Shown here: piece by piece, positions 1 to 7,883 of the stretch | Layout of the letters: every line of letters starts with the position of its first letter | Position numbering within the stretch: position 1 is the first letter of the stretch | DNA from: Deltaproteobacteria bacterium | GTDB lineage: Bacteria; UBA10199; DSSB01 | Assembly: GCA_020440745.1 (NCBI GenBank) | Contig: JAGRNM010000001.1 | Span: 1-29,046 of the forward strand | Reading direction: 5' to 3' | DNA: 29,046 bases | The notes under the pieces: model-generated | Database searches by the model: none | The model's input: the letters and a program-made list of their open reading frames with translations, nothing else | Told to the model about the DNA's origin: nothing | Program-made: the position numbers and the translations under genes

Positions 1-147
1 GAACAAGAAAAAACTTATGAAGGCTTATTCAGCTTTGATCGCACTAAGTTTGCGATGATCTATAACTCTGGCAACTTCTTTAAAGACTTAGGAGATAAGG
101 TGATTAAGGACGAAGTTAAATTAAACTTTAAGGTAGTTGTGGAATAA
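1..147 (+). CDS. 3' fragment of a CDS whose 5' end lies outside the window; C-terminus weakly resembles the YceI-like (polyisoprenoid-binding) family
   Basis: Frame 1 is open from position 1 to TAA at 145-147. Translation is EQEKTYEGLFSFDRTKFAMIYNSGNFFKDLGDKVIKDEVKLNFKVVVE. The FxFDRxxF and GDxVxxDEVKL tail pattern resembles YceI C-termini. The ORF track omits it because it is truncated. Confidence 0.3.
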   Translation, partial: EQEKTYEGLFSFDRTKFAMIYNSGNFFKDLGDKVIKDEVKLNFKVVVE

Positions 148-183
148 TTTTTTTCTTTAAAAAATAATTTTTTATTTTCAGCA

Positions 184-876
184 TTATTTAAAAAAAGTAT
201 CAGACAAAAAGTCTTCTAACATCTTAACAGTGGATTTTCTAAACTTAGCCATCATGGGAAGTTTGGCAAGTTTAAGCAGGCGCATCATGATTTCTAGACT
301 TTCTTCTAACAAACGATGGCTTCGTTCTTGATTGTCTGATTGGTCATGGATCCAAAAAAATAACATGCCAAGGTGATAAAACCAAAGTAGTTGAGGAAGG
401 TAGGTTTTAAGGTCCTTAGGTAAAGGGGTTTTAGTGTCTTCTATAATAGAGCGGCAAATTTCTAAACTACGAGACCTAATGGCTTCGGTATGAGGACTAA
501 AAGGAGAAAGGGGATGTTGAGGGTCCGAGCCTATGCGGGCTAGGGCGCCTACTAGGTTGCGGTAAGGTTTTTTGTTTTCAAACTCGGCTAACACGAGAGC
601 TTTGATCCTGGTTTTAAGGTCTTGCTTTTCTTTAAGGGTGCTTTGGACTTTTATAAAAATCTCTTTTTGAGTTTGGGCATAAAATTCCATCACAATAGCA
701 TCTTTGGATTTAAAATAATAATAGGTAGCTCCCAAAGCTACATTTGCTTGTTTAGAAATCTCTCGCATCGAGCTTTGTTCAAAGCCTTTTTTACAAAAAA
801 GTTTAAGCGCGGTCTGGTAGATGCGTTCTTGCGTGGCACTGGCTTTGGGAGTTTTTTTGTTTTCAGTAAAAGACAT
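184..876 (-). CDS. TetR/AcrR-family transcriptional regulator
   Basis: 230-aa ORF. The N-terminal HTH region TQERIYQTALKLFCKKGFEQSSMREISKQANVALGATYYYFKSKDAI is a classic TetR_N signature. It lies divergent to a membrane-protein gene and beside a desaturase. Confidence 0.85.
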   Translation of the reverse strand: MSFTENKKTPKASATQERIYQTALKLFCKKGFEQSSMREISKQANVALGATYYYFKSKDAIVMEFYAQTQKEIFIKVQSTLKEKQDLKTRIKALVLAEFENKKPYRNLVGALARIGSDPQHPLSPFSPHTEAIRSRSLEICRSIIEDTKTPLPKDLKTYLPQLLWFYHLGMLFFWIHDQSDNQERSHRLLEESLEIMMRLLKLAKLPMMAKFRKSTVKMLEDFLSDTFFK

Positions 877-891
877 GTCTTTATTCCTGAC

Positions 892-909
892 TATAGTTAA
901 TGGACTATA
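892..909. promoter_or_regulatory. Perfect 6-bp inverted repeat TATAGT-N6-ACTATA 16 bp upstream of the tetR start; candidate operator in the divergent promoter region
   Basis: Arms at 892-897 and 904-909, read directly from the sequence. The position between divergent genes fits TetR autoregulation. Confidence 0.3.
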
Positions 910-1112
910 ACTTAAAGAGTTGGCCGTGGCTTCTTGTCAATTAGTTTTTTGAACGCTTTCAAAATATTTTAGAACTAGTTTTAAAAATGGACTCATTAAT
1001 TATCTTTGAGTTAAGGTGCTGACTAATAATGAATTCTCTTATTTTATTTTTAGCTTTTTTCTTTATAGTCTTTTTTATCTTGGTTCAGCATTTTGTTAAG
1101 AAAGATTAATCC

Positions 1113-1715
1113 ATGATTATTGGTCATTATGCTGCGGCTTTGATTCCTCATAGTTATTTTAAAAAAGTGCCTTTGTGGTATTTTTTGGTGGTGGCTAATT
1201 TGCCTGACTTTTTGTGGATGACTTTAGCCCTTTTAGGAATCGAGGAGACTAAGCCTCAGCATTTTTGGCAGGCCAGTTTTGATCGTATCCAAGTGCAAAT
1301 GCTTTACAGTCATGATTTGTTGCCAGGCTTGTTTTTGGCTTTGGTGGTGGCTTTGTTGACTTTTCTTTTTTTTAAGCGCGGGATTATTGCCTTGGTCTCG
1401 GCAGCTTTGATTCTTTTGCATCATGTGGCGGATTGGGTTTCGGGTTTTCCCCATTATTGGATGGGACCTGGTTCTTTAGAGCTTGGTTGGGGTCTTTATT
1501 ATCGAGAACCTTATTTGGCTTTGGTTTTAGAAGCGCTTTTTGCAAGTGCTTTAGTTTTTCTTTATCTCAAATTAGAAGCCCGTCATGGCAGGCCTAAGAG
1601 TAGGGCTTATCAGCTTAAGCTTTATCTTTTATTTATTTTGGGTTCTTTAATGTGGTTGCCCACCGCCAGATATTCTATGTCAGAGCTTTATCAATTTTTT
1701 GTTTCTCACACTTAA
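1113..1715 (+). CDS. Hypothetical polytopic inner-membrane protein, His-rich; possibly a DUF457/YdjM-like membrane-bound metal-dependent hydrolase
   Basis: 200-aa ORF with several hydrophobic segments and conserved-looking His residues (GHY, HSYF, LLHHVADW). It lies divergent from tetR. The family assignment is uncertain. Confidence 0.5.
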   Translation: MIIGHYAAALIPHSYFKKVPLWYFLVVANLPDFLWMTLALLGIEETKPQHFWQASFDRIQVQMLYSHDLLPGLFLALVVALLTFLFFKRGIIALVSAALILLHHVADWVSGFPHYWMGPGSLELGWGLYYREPYLALVLEALFASALVFLYLKLEARHGRPKSRAYQLKLYLLFILGSLMWLPTARYSMSELYQFFVSHT

Positions 1716-1720
1716 TCAAC

Positions 1721-2638
1721 TTAAACAGCGCTTACCTGCTTCATTACCTGAATGTAACCTTTGGGGATTTCTACTTCTTGATAATGTCCCTGTTTCTTTA
1801 AATACTTGTGCAAAGCTGGCAGTCGGTAAGGGGGTACGCTTGGATAGAGGTGGTGTTCTAGATGATAGTGGACATTGTTGGGAGCAACCGTGAGTTTTTC
1901 CCACCAGCTGGCTAGGGTCGTACGAGTATTTTCTAAAGGGTTGTTAGAAGTTAATTGGGGCACGCCAGCGTGTTCTGCCACTTGTCTAATACGGGCAAAG
2001 AACATGTAAGAAGTCAAATAAGCTAGCCACCAAAGTAGATAAAGCCAAGGATGGCCGCTTAGCCATAGGATGGCAAATAAAAGGACTTGGGCTAAAAGGG
2101 GACCGCTTAGATTTTTAATCAAGGAAGTTTTTTTCTCTTCTTCTTTTCCTAAGCTAAATAAATCCCGTCCTTGTTTAAAAGTACCAGCCAAAATTTTGAC
2201 GCCTGTTTGTCCAGTAAGGTCGCGGACAAACTTTCGTCTTAAGCTAGACTTGGTGACGGGATAGGCTTGGTAATTGGGCAAATCAGGATCGTCGGGTTGG
2301 CCTACGATGCGGTGATGCTTGGCGTGGATTTTTTTATAAGTGTCTAGATCGGCTAAGATGGGATAGGCCGCTAACCATTTACCAAAAAATTGATTGAGTT
2401 TAGGACTTTTAAACAAAGCCCCATGACCACAGTCGTGCATAGTCACGCCTAGAGCAAGCTGCCGTCCACCAATGAGGATCCAGGCTATGATAATGCTTAA
2501 GGGATGGAGCCAAAGAGCCACTAGGGCAAAGCTAGCGGCAATAATGCCCCAGTTAATTAAAAAAGTGAGTAAAGCTCTGGCATTGCTTTTTTCTAAAAAG
2601 GGGCGGAGTTCTTCTTTGTTAAGTTGAATAGGAACCAT
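1721..2638 (-). CDS. Membrane fatty-acid desaturase family protein
   Basis: 305-aa ORF with the three His boxes of membrane desaturases: HDCGHG, HAKHHR and HYHLEHHLYP. It has N-terminal TM helices. Confidence 0.8.
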   Translation of the reverse strand: MVPIQLNKEELRPFLEKSNARALLTFLINWGIIAASFALVALWLHPLSIIIAWILIGGRQLALGVTMHDCGHGALFKSPKLNQFFGKWLAAYPILADLDTYKKIHAKHHRIVGQPDDPDLPNYQAYPVTKSSLRRKFVRDLTGQTGVKILAGTFKQGRDLFSLGKEEEKKTSLIKNLSGPLLAQVLLFAILWLSGHPWLYLLWWLAYLTSYMFFARIRQVAEHAGVPQLTSNNPLENTRTTLASWWEKLTVAPNNVHYHLEHHLYPSVPPYRLPALHKYLKKQGHYQEVEIPKGYIQVMKQVSAV

Positions 2639-2766
2639 AATTTTACCTTCTCTTTTTAATTTAATGAGGATGGGATTTTTTCACAAGACAAAATCTTTTC
2701 TTGGTTGGCTTTTATGGGTCTAATTGTTAGGGATTTTTTGTGTTTTTTAATTATTAAGGAGATTTT

Positions 2767-4449
2767 ATGTCCGCTATTCTTAATCGTTATTCTCGTCGTA
2801 TTACCCAAGATCCCGATCAGCCAGCCAGCCAGGCCATGCTTTATGGGACAGGTCTGACTAAGGAAGATTTAGAAAAAGCCCAAGTGGGGATCGCCTCTAG
2901 TGGCTATGAGGGCAATACCTGCAATATGCATCTTAATGCTTTGGCGGCCTTGGTTAAGCAAAGCTGCCAAGAAGCTGGTTTGGTGGGTTTGGTTTTTAAT
3001 ACCATTGGGGTCAGTGATGGTATCTCTATGGGAACAGAGGGCATGAATTATTCTCTTCAATCGAGAGAAATCATTGCCGATAGTATCGAGACGGTGATGA
3101 GTGCCCAATGGTATGACGCTAATATTTCTATTATGGGCTGTGATAAGAATATGCCTGGGTCCTTGATCGCTATGGGCAGGCTTAACCGTCCTAGTATCAT
3201 GGTTTATGGAGGAACCATTAAGCCCGGTCATTTTAAGGATCAAAAGTTAGACATTGTCTCTGCCTTTGAAGGTTTGGGTGCTTGTGTGGCGGGTAAGATC
3301 ACGCAGGGTGACTTAGAAGGTATTTTAAAAAACGCCTGTCCCGGTGCAGGTGCTTGTGGCGGCATGTACACGGCCAATACTATGGCCAGTGCTATTGAGA
3401 CCTTAGGCATGAGCTTGCCTTATAGTTCTTCTTACCCCGCGGTGAGTGAGGAAAAAAAACAAGAATGTTTAAAAAAAGTAGGCCCAGCCATCCGTCATCT
3501 TTTGGAAAAAAATATAAAACCCAGAGACATTATGACGAGGGCGGCCTTTGAAAATGCCATGGTGGTGGTCATGGCCTTGGGGGGTTCTACTAATGCGGTT
3601 TTACACCTTATTGCTATGGCCAAAAGTGTGGATGTCCCCTTGACGATTGATGATTTTCAAAAAGTCAGTGACAGGGTGCCTTTTATAGCGGATCTCAAAC
3701 CCTCGGGCCAATATGTGATGGAGGATCTTTTTAAAGTGGGTGGGGTACCAGCGGTGCAAAAGTTATTATTAAAGGAAGGTCTTTTAGAGGGTTCTTGTCT
3801 TACCTGTACGGGCAAGACCTTGGAAGAAAACTTAAGCGACTTGCCAGGCTTGAACCAAGGGCAAGAGGTCATCAAGCCTCTTAGTCATCCTATCAAAAAA
3901 ACCGGTCACTTACAGATCCTTTATGGCAATGTGGCTCAGGGAGGTTCGGTGGCCAAGATTACGGGTAAGGAAGGAACCAAATTTACCGGTAAGGCTAGGG
4001 TCTTTGATGCAGAAGAAGAGGCGATTGAGGCCCTTAAAGCCAAAAAAATTCAAAAAGGTGATGTCCTAGTCATCCGTTACGAAGGTCCCAAGGGAGGACC
4101 TGGTATGAGTGAAATGCTTAAAGTAACGGCAGTAGTGATGGGTGAGGGCCTCGGTAAAGAGGTGGCTTTAATCACCGATGGTCGTTTTTCGGGGGGGACC
4201 CACGGCTTTGTGGTGGGTCATATTGTGCCAGAGGCCCAAGAAGGCGGTGTGATTGCTGTCATTGAAGAAGGGGACTCTTTGACCATTGACGCCGAAAAAC
4301 GGGAGATTAATCTCCATGTGGAAGAGTCTATCTTGGCGGAAAGATTAAGGAAATGGACGCCTCCTCCTTATAAGGCTACTCAAGGGACTCTTCGTAAGTT
4401 TATTAAGTGTGTCTCCAATGCCTCCGAAGGCTGTGTGACCGATCTTTAA
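2767..4449 (+). CDS. ilvD: Dihydroxy-acid dehydratase (IlvD/EDD family, short form)
   Basis: 560 aa. Fe-S ligand motifs [13 protein letters not shown] and [16 protein letters not shown] are present. N-terminal RRITQD...GIASS and C-terminal [19 protein letters not shown] blocks match IlvD. An AAGGAG RBS sits 6 nt upstream of the ATG. Confidence 0.88.
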   Translation: MSAILNRYSRRITQDPDQPASQAMLYGTGLTKEDLEKAQVGIASSGYEGNTCNMHLNALAALVKQSCQEAGLVGLVFNTIGVSDGISMGTEGMNYSLQSREIIADSIETVMSAQWYDANISIMGCDKNMPGSLIAMGRLNRPSIMVYGGTIKPGHFKDQKLDIVSAFEGLGACVAGKITQGDLEGILKNACPGAGACGGMYTANTMASAIETLGMSLPYSSSYPAVSEEKKQECLKKVGPAIRHLLEKNIKPRDIMTRAAFENAMVVVMALGGSTNAVLHLIAMAKSVDVPLTIDDFQKVSDRVPFIADLKPSGQYVMEDLFKVGGVPAVQKLLLKEGLLEGSCLTCTGKTLEENLSDLPGLNQGQEVIKPLSHPIKKTGHLQILYGNVAQGGSVAKITGKEGTKFTGKARVFDAEEEAIEALKAKKIQKGDVLVIRYEGPKGGPGMSEMLKVTAVVMGEGLGKEVALITDGRFSGGTHGFVVGHIVPEAQEGGVIAVIEEGDSLTIDAEKREINLHVEESILAERLRKWTPPPYKATQGTLRKFIKCVSNASEGCVTDL

Positions 4450-4512
4450 GCCTTTTGTAATAAAGAATAGCAGAATAGAGTCTGCTAAAAAAATGTCTTA
4501 TTTTGTCTTATA

Positions 4513-4539
4513 TGTCGAAAAGTGTCTTAATTTTCGACA
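4513..4539. promoter_or_regulatory. Perfect 9-bp inverted repeat TGTCGAAAA-N9-TTTTCGACA immediately upstream of a -35-like hexamer
   Basis: Arms at 4513-4521 and 4531-4539, read from the sequence. No U-run follows, so it looks more like an operator or binding site than a terminator. Confidence 0.3.
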
Positions 4540-4544
4540 GTCCT

Positions 4545-4573
4545 TTGACAGGCTTAGTTTTTAAAGTTTAATA
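4545..4573 (+). promoter_or_regulatory. Sigma-70-like promoter, TTGACA-N17-TTAATA
   Basis: Consensus -35 TTGACA at 4545-4550. A 17-nt spacer separates it from the -10-like TTAATA at 4568-4573. It faces the long noncoding region. Confidence 0.3.
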
Positions 4574-4638
4574 CTTTGTTTTCTATAACTTATTAAAATT
4601 ATTAATTAATTTTTAAATTCGTCAAAAAAAATGACTTT

Positions 4639-4654
4639 TGGCACGCTTGGTGCA
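4639..4654 (+). promoter_or_regulatory. Sigma-54 (RpoN)-type -24/-12 promoter-like element, TGGCACG-N4-GTGCA
   Basis: Sequence ttTGGCACGcttgGTGCAct. The GG and GC dinucleotides have the exact canonical spacing of the TGGCACG-N4-TTGCW consensus. The only mismatch is at the first T of TTGC. The predicted TSS is near 4666, pointing at the heptamer array. Confidence 0.35.
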
Positions 4655-4800
4655 CTGAATAAAAGACAGATCACGGGTAGGATAGAAAAAAAAGGCTCTT
4701 TCAAAACTTAAAACTCAAACAAGGCAATCAGGGCCTTTTCACTAAGGGACCGCAAGAGAAAGTTAAGCAAGCTTAGCTTTTCTCAAAAAAATCCAAGGTC

Positions 4801-4995
4801 AGGTAAGCGCGGGTAAGCAAACGGGTAAGTCACTGGGTAGGAAAACTAGGTAACCGGGTAAGCAAGCGGGTAAGTAAAATGGGTAGGAAAACTAGGTAAC
4901 CGGGTAAGCAAGCGGGTAAGTAAAATGGGTAGGAGAAGTAGGTAAGTTTACTGGGTAAGTCACTAGGTAGCTGGGTAAGCACTCAACTGGGTAAA
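4801..4995. repeat. Array of about 17 GGGTAAG-like heptamers at roughly 11-12 bp spacing, including a 46-bp tandem duplication (4835-4880 and 4881-4926, plus a diverged partial third unit)
   Basis: Heptamers GGGTAAG, GGGTAGG, AGGTAAC and AGGTAAG start at about 4801, 4811, 4823, 4835, 4848, 4856, 4868, 4881, 4894, 4902, 4914, 4927, 4939, 4953, 4965, 4972 and 4989. The unit gggtaggaaaactaggtaaccgggtaagcaagcgggtaagtaaaat is repeated exactly twice in tandem. There is no ORF of 60 aa or more on either strand. Confidence 0.8.
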
Positions 4996-5087
4996 GAAAA
5001 TGCGGGCATTTGGGCAGCCCGCAGAAATGGGCTGCCAAGGATTTTACGATAACTCCTCTTTTATCATATTCCCTTTGGGCACTCCTT

Positions 5088-5118
5088 AAGCGACCTTATT
5101 TACGGTCGCTTTTTTTTT
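5088..5118 (+). terminator. Rho-independent terminator: 8-bp stem AAGCGACC/GGTCGCTT, 8-nt loop, then a 9-T run
   Basis: Read directly: aagcgacc ttatttac ggtcgctt ttttttttt. A weaker GGAGGGC-T7 element follows at about 5172-5187. Confidence 0.55.
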
Positions 5119-5219
5119 AATAAAGCCTAAAAGTATCAGGTTTCCCTCAAAAGCTCTCTGTTCCTCAAGGATGGAGGGCTTTTTTTATTGTCTCGCTTAA
5201 AAAAAATGTCTACAGGAAG

Positions 5220-5234
5220 AGCCCGAGTCGGGCT
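5220..5234. promoter_or_regulatory. Palindrome AGCCCGA-G-TCGGGCT in the promoter region of the epimerase gene
   Basis: Perfect 7-bp arms with a 1-nt centre, about 80 bp upstream of the 5317 start. Candidate dimeric regulator site. Confidence 0.25.
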
Positions 5235-5316
5235 TGTTTAAACATCTTGAGCTTATTTAAGACCATAATTACAGGTCCTTATTTGATTTTTTATTGTTTT
5301 TAATTTTGAGGTGGAC

Positions 5317-6225
5317 ATGAAGATTTTAGTGAGTGGTTCTAGTGGCTTAGTGGGATCTCATTTAGTTTCTCAATTAAAGGCTTCCGGTCATGAGATTGCT
5401 CGTTTGGTCCGTCATGCAGCGGATCGGGCGGTTGGCGAGATTTATTGGGAGCCCTCTCGGGGTTCTATTGATAAAGAGGCTTTGGAGGCTTTTGCTCCAG
5501 AGGCTGTCATTAATTTGGCGGGAGAAAATATTGCTTCTGGTCGTTGGACCGAGGCTAAGAAAAAAGAGATTCGGGATAGTCGAGTAGAAGGCACTAAGAT
5601 TTTGTCCAAGGCACTGGCTCATTTAAAGCTACGGCCTCAGGTTTTTATTAATGCTTCTGCTTTAGGTTATTATGGAGAACGAGGAGAAGAGTGGATGACC
5701 GAAACTTCAGAAGCTGGCCTTGGATTTTTACCAGAAGTCTGCCAAGCTTGGGAAGACGCCACTCAAGAAGCCAAGCAAGCCAAGATTCGTACTATTAATT
5801 TAAGGATTGGTATTGTCTTAAGCAAAGAAGGAGGAGCTTTAAAAAAAATGCTCACACCTTTTTGTCTGGGACTTGGTGGTGTGATGGGCAACGGTAGGCA
5901 GTTTATGAGTTGGATTGCCTTAGAGGATTTGATTCGTATCCTTCTGTTTGCTTTAGAAGAGAAGAAGCTAGAAGGCCCAGTCAATGCGGTCAGTCCCCAT
6001 CCGGTGACTAATAAGGTCTTTACCAAGACTTTGGGGAGAGTTCTTTTAAGGCCCACGATTTTTCCTATGCCTGCTTCTGTGGCTAGGATGATTTTTGGAG
6101 AAATGGCTGATGACTTGCTTTTGGCAAGTACTAGGGCCCGGCCAGAAAAATTAAAAGCGGTGGATTTTGAATTTAAGTATCCCCAATTAAAAGAAGCTCT
6201 TAAATCGATTTTGGGAAAAAAATAA
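5317..6225 (+). CDS. TIGR01777/YfcH-like NAD-dependent epimerase family protein (SDR fold with C-terminal DUF1731-like region)
   Basis: N-terminal Rossmann motif ILVSGSSGLVGSHL. The length and C-terminal region are typical of the YfcH family. The ORF track starts at GTG 5311. ATG 5317 with GAGG 5 nt upstream is the likelier start. Confidence 0.75.
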   Translation: MKILVSGSSGLVGSHLVSQLKASGHEIARLVRHAADRAVGEIYWEPSRGSIDKEALEAFAPEAVINLAGENIASGRWTEAKKKEIRDSRVEGTKILSKALAHLKLRPQVFINASALGYYGERGEEWMTETSEAGLGFLPEVCQAWEDATQEAKQAKIRTINLRIGIVLSKEGGALKKMLTPFCLGLGGVMGNGRQFMSWIALEDLIRILLFALEEKKLEGPVNAVSPHPVTNKVFTKTLGRVLLRPTIFPMPASVARMIFGEMADDLLLASTRARPEKLKAVDFEFKYPQLKEALKSILGKK

Positions 6226-6301
6226 AAGTTTATTGATTAACTTTTATAGAATCAGACTCTAAAGCTTCAGTGTTTTTTTAATTTCTAATTTTAGGCGAAT
6301 C

Positions 6302-7849
6302 ATGTCCCAACCCATCGTCAACTTAGAGGCTATTATTCAGGATCCCTATGATTTAGCCGTTGCTACAGCTCGTACTTGTTATTCGGCTAAGGGGATTATC
6401 AGAGTTCCTCAAGTTAGATCCACAGAAACAGCTAGGGTGCTTAGGGATAAGATTAGCCACTCTACTAGACAGGCCGGCCATTTAACTACTAGGCAACATG
6501 CTCACTTTGTTTTTTCTTTGGATAAGGTAAGTCGTAATTTTTTATGGTCCTTTTTACACTCCCATCCTTTTTATAATAGCGAGCAAGTCTCCCAGCGTTA
6601 TGTTAAAGTTCAGGCGGGCAACTACACGGTTCCTCCCTTAAAAGAAAAAGCCAAGACTATCTATGAGGCTTGTATCCATCGCCAGATGGAAACCTATGAG
6701 ACACTCAATCAAGTCCTCTATCCCCACGCTCAAGCTGAGTATTTAAAAGTCTTTCCTATCAGGTCAAAGCATTTAGACACCTATGCTAAAGTGATTCGCA
6801 AAAAATGTTTTGAGGTTTCTCGTTATGTTTTGCCGGTAGCCACCCATGCTTATCTGTATCACACTATTTAGGCTTTAACTTTGATGCGTTATTTTCGTTT
6901 GATGGATTATTTTGACACTCCGTGGGAACAACGTTTGGTAGTGAGTCAAATGGTGGATTTAGTTTGTGAAATAGACCCTGAGTTTAGACAAGAACTGACC
7001 GATCCTTATCCCTTAGAGGCAAGTCCTGAATATGCTTTTTTACAAAGTCAAAGACCTAATTTTTTGGCTAAGAAAGAAAGTCTAAAAGAATTTGATGAAT
7101 CTCTAAAAGGACGCCGAGCTCGTTTGATTGATTATAAGATTAATGCTCCTCAAACCTTAGCTTCAGCCGTGCGTTCGGTTTTGGGTTTAAGTGCTTCAGA
7201 AATAAGTGACGAAGCGGCGATTGCTAAAGTTTTAGACCCTCAGCAAAATTCCCAGCTGGGTGATACTTTAAATTTAAATACTCTTTCTAAGTGGGGGCGC
7301 ACTTTAATGCATCCCCATTATACTTTTAGAAAAAAAATCAGTCATACTGCTGACAGCCAAGACCAACGTCATCGGATGACTCCTGCTTCCCGTCCGGTTT
7401 TAAGCGCCCAATATAGCGGGCAGGCCGATTATATCGTGCCTAAATTAATTGAAGAAGTACCTGAGGCCGAAGAAATTTTTAAGGCTTCGATGAAAGAAAC
7501 TTTTGAGACTATTAATCAACTCTTAGAAATGGGAGTCGAAACTCAATTTGCTCTTTATTTGTTACCCAATGCTTTTCCCATTAGATTTGAAGAATCAGGT
7601 GACCTTTTAAATCTTCACCACAAATGGCATTCCCGCGCTTGCTACACGGCTCAAGAAGAAATCTTTTACGCCACGGTGGATGAGTTAGAAGAAGTCAAAG
7701 CGGTCCATCCCCAACTAGTTGAGCATATCTTGGCTCCTTGTTATTTAAGAAAAAGGGCAGGCATCCGTCCGATTTGTCCAGAAGGCGACCGTTTTTGTGG
7801 CGTCAAAGTTTGGGACAAGTCTTTAGAAGAGTATGAGCGCGTGATTTAG
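6302..7849 (+). CDS. thyX: ThyX-like flavin-dependent thymidylate synthase, long single-chain form, interrupted by an in-frame TAG at 6869-6871 (ORFs 6302-6871 and 6881-7849 are in the same frame)
   Basis: The N-terminal part carries the ThyX block ...HAHFVFSLDKVSRNFLWSFL...SEQVSQRY (SxRY motif). The downstream part carries RHR (QDQRHRMTPASRP) and the C-terminal ThyX block ALYLLPNAFPIRFEESGDLLNLHHKWHSRACYTAQEEI. Both parts are in frame 2, separated only by TAG plus 9 nt. Confidence 0.6.
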
Positions 7850-7883
7850 AGAGTTTTAAAATATTACTAAAATATTATTCTTA

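Noticed and set aside
622-2264. Small ORFs 622-900 (+), 1233-1454 (-), 1699-1893 (+), 1716-1904 (-) and 2070-2264 (+)
   Set aside because: They overlap the TetR, membrane-protein or desaturase genes on the other strand or another frame. They have no RBS and biased, implausible composition.
2869-3875. ORFs 2869-3243 (-) and 3657-3875 (-)
   Set aside because: They are antisense to ilvD, which has overwhelming motif support.
4450-4500. Hairpin AGCAGA-N6-TCTGCT after ilvD as its terminator
   Set aside because: It is followed by an A-run rather than a T-run on the ilvD strand, and on the opposite strand the U-run would precede the stem. It is not a convincing intrinsic terminator in either orientation.
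4791-4830. Resemblance of CCAAGGUCAGGUAAG to the SRP (4.5S) RNA domain IV motif CCAGGUCAGGUCCGGAAGG
   Set aside because: Only about 10 nt are similar. The flanking conserved SRP helices are absent.
4801-4995. Possible CRISPR array
   Set aside because: The repeats are only 7 bp and sit at helical-turn spacing. The longest exact unit is a 46-bp tandem duplication, and there are no unique spacers of 25-40 bp. This is not a CRISPR architecture.
5374-6056. ORFs 5374-5622 (-), 5390-5587 (+) and 5763-6056 (-)
   Set aside because: They are embedded in or antisense to the epimerase gene.
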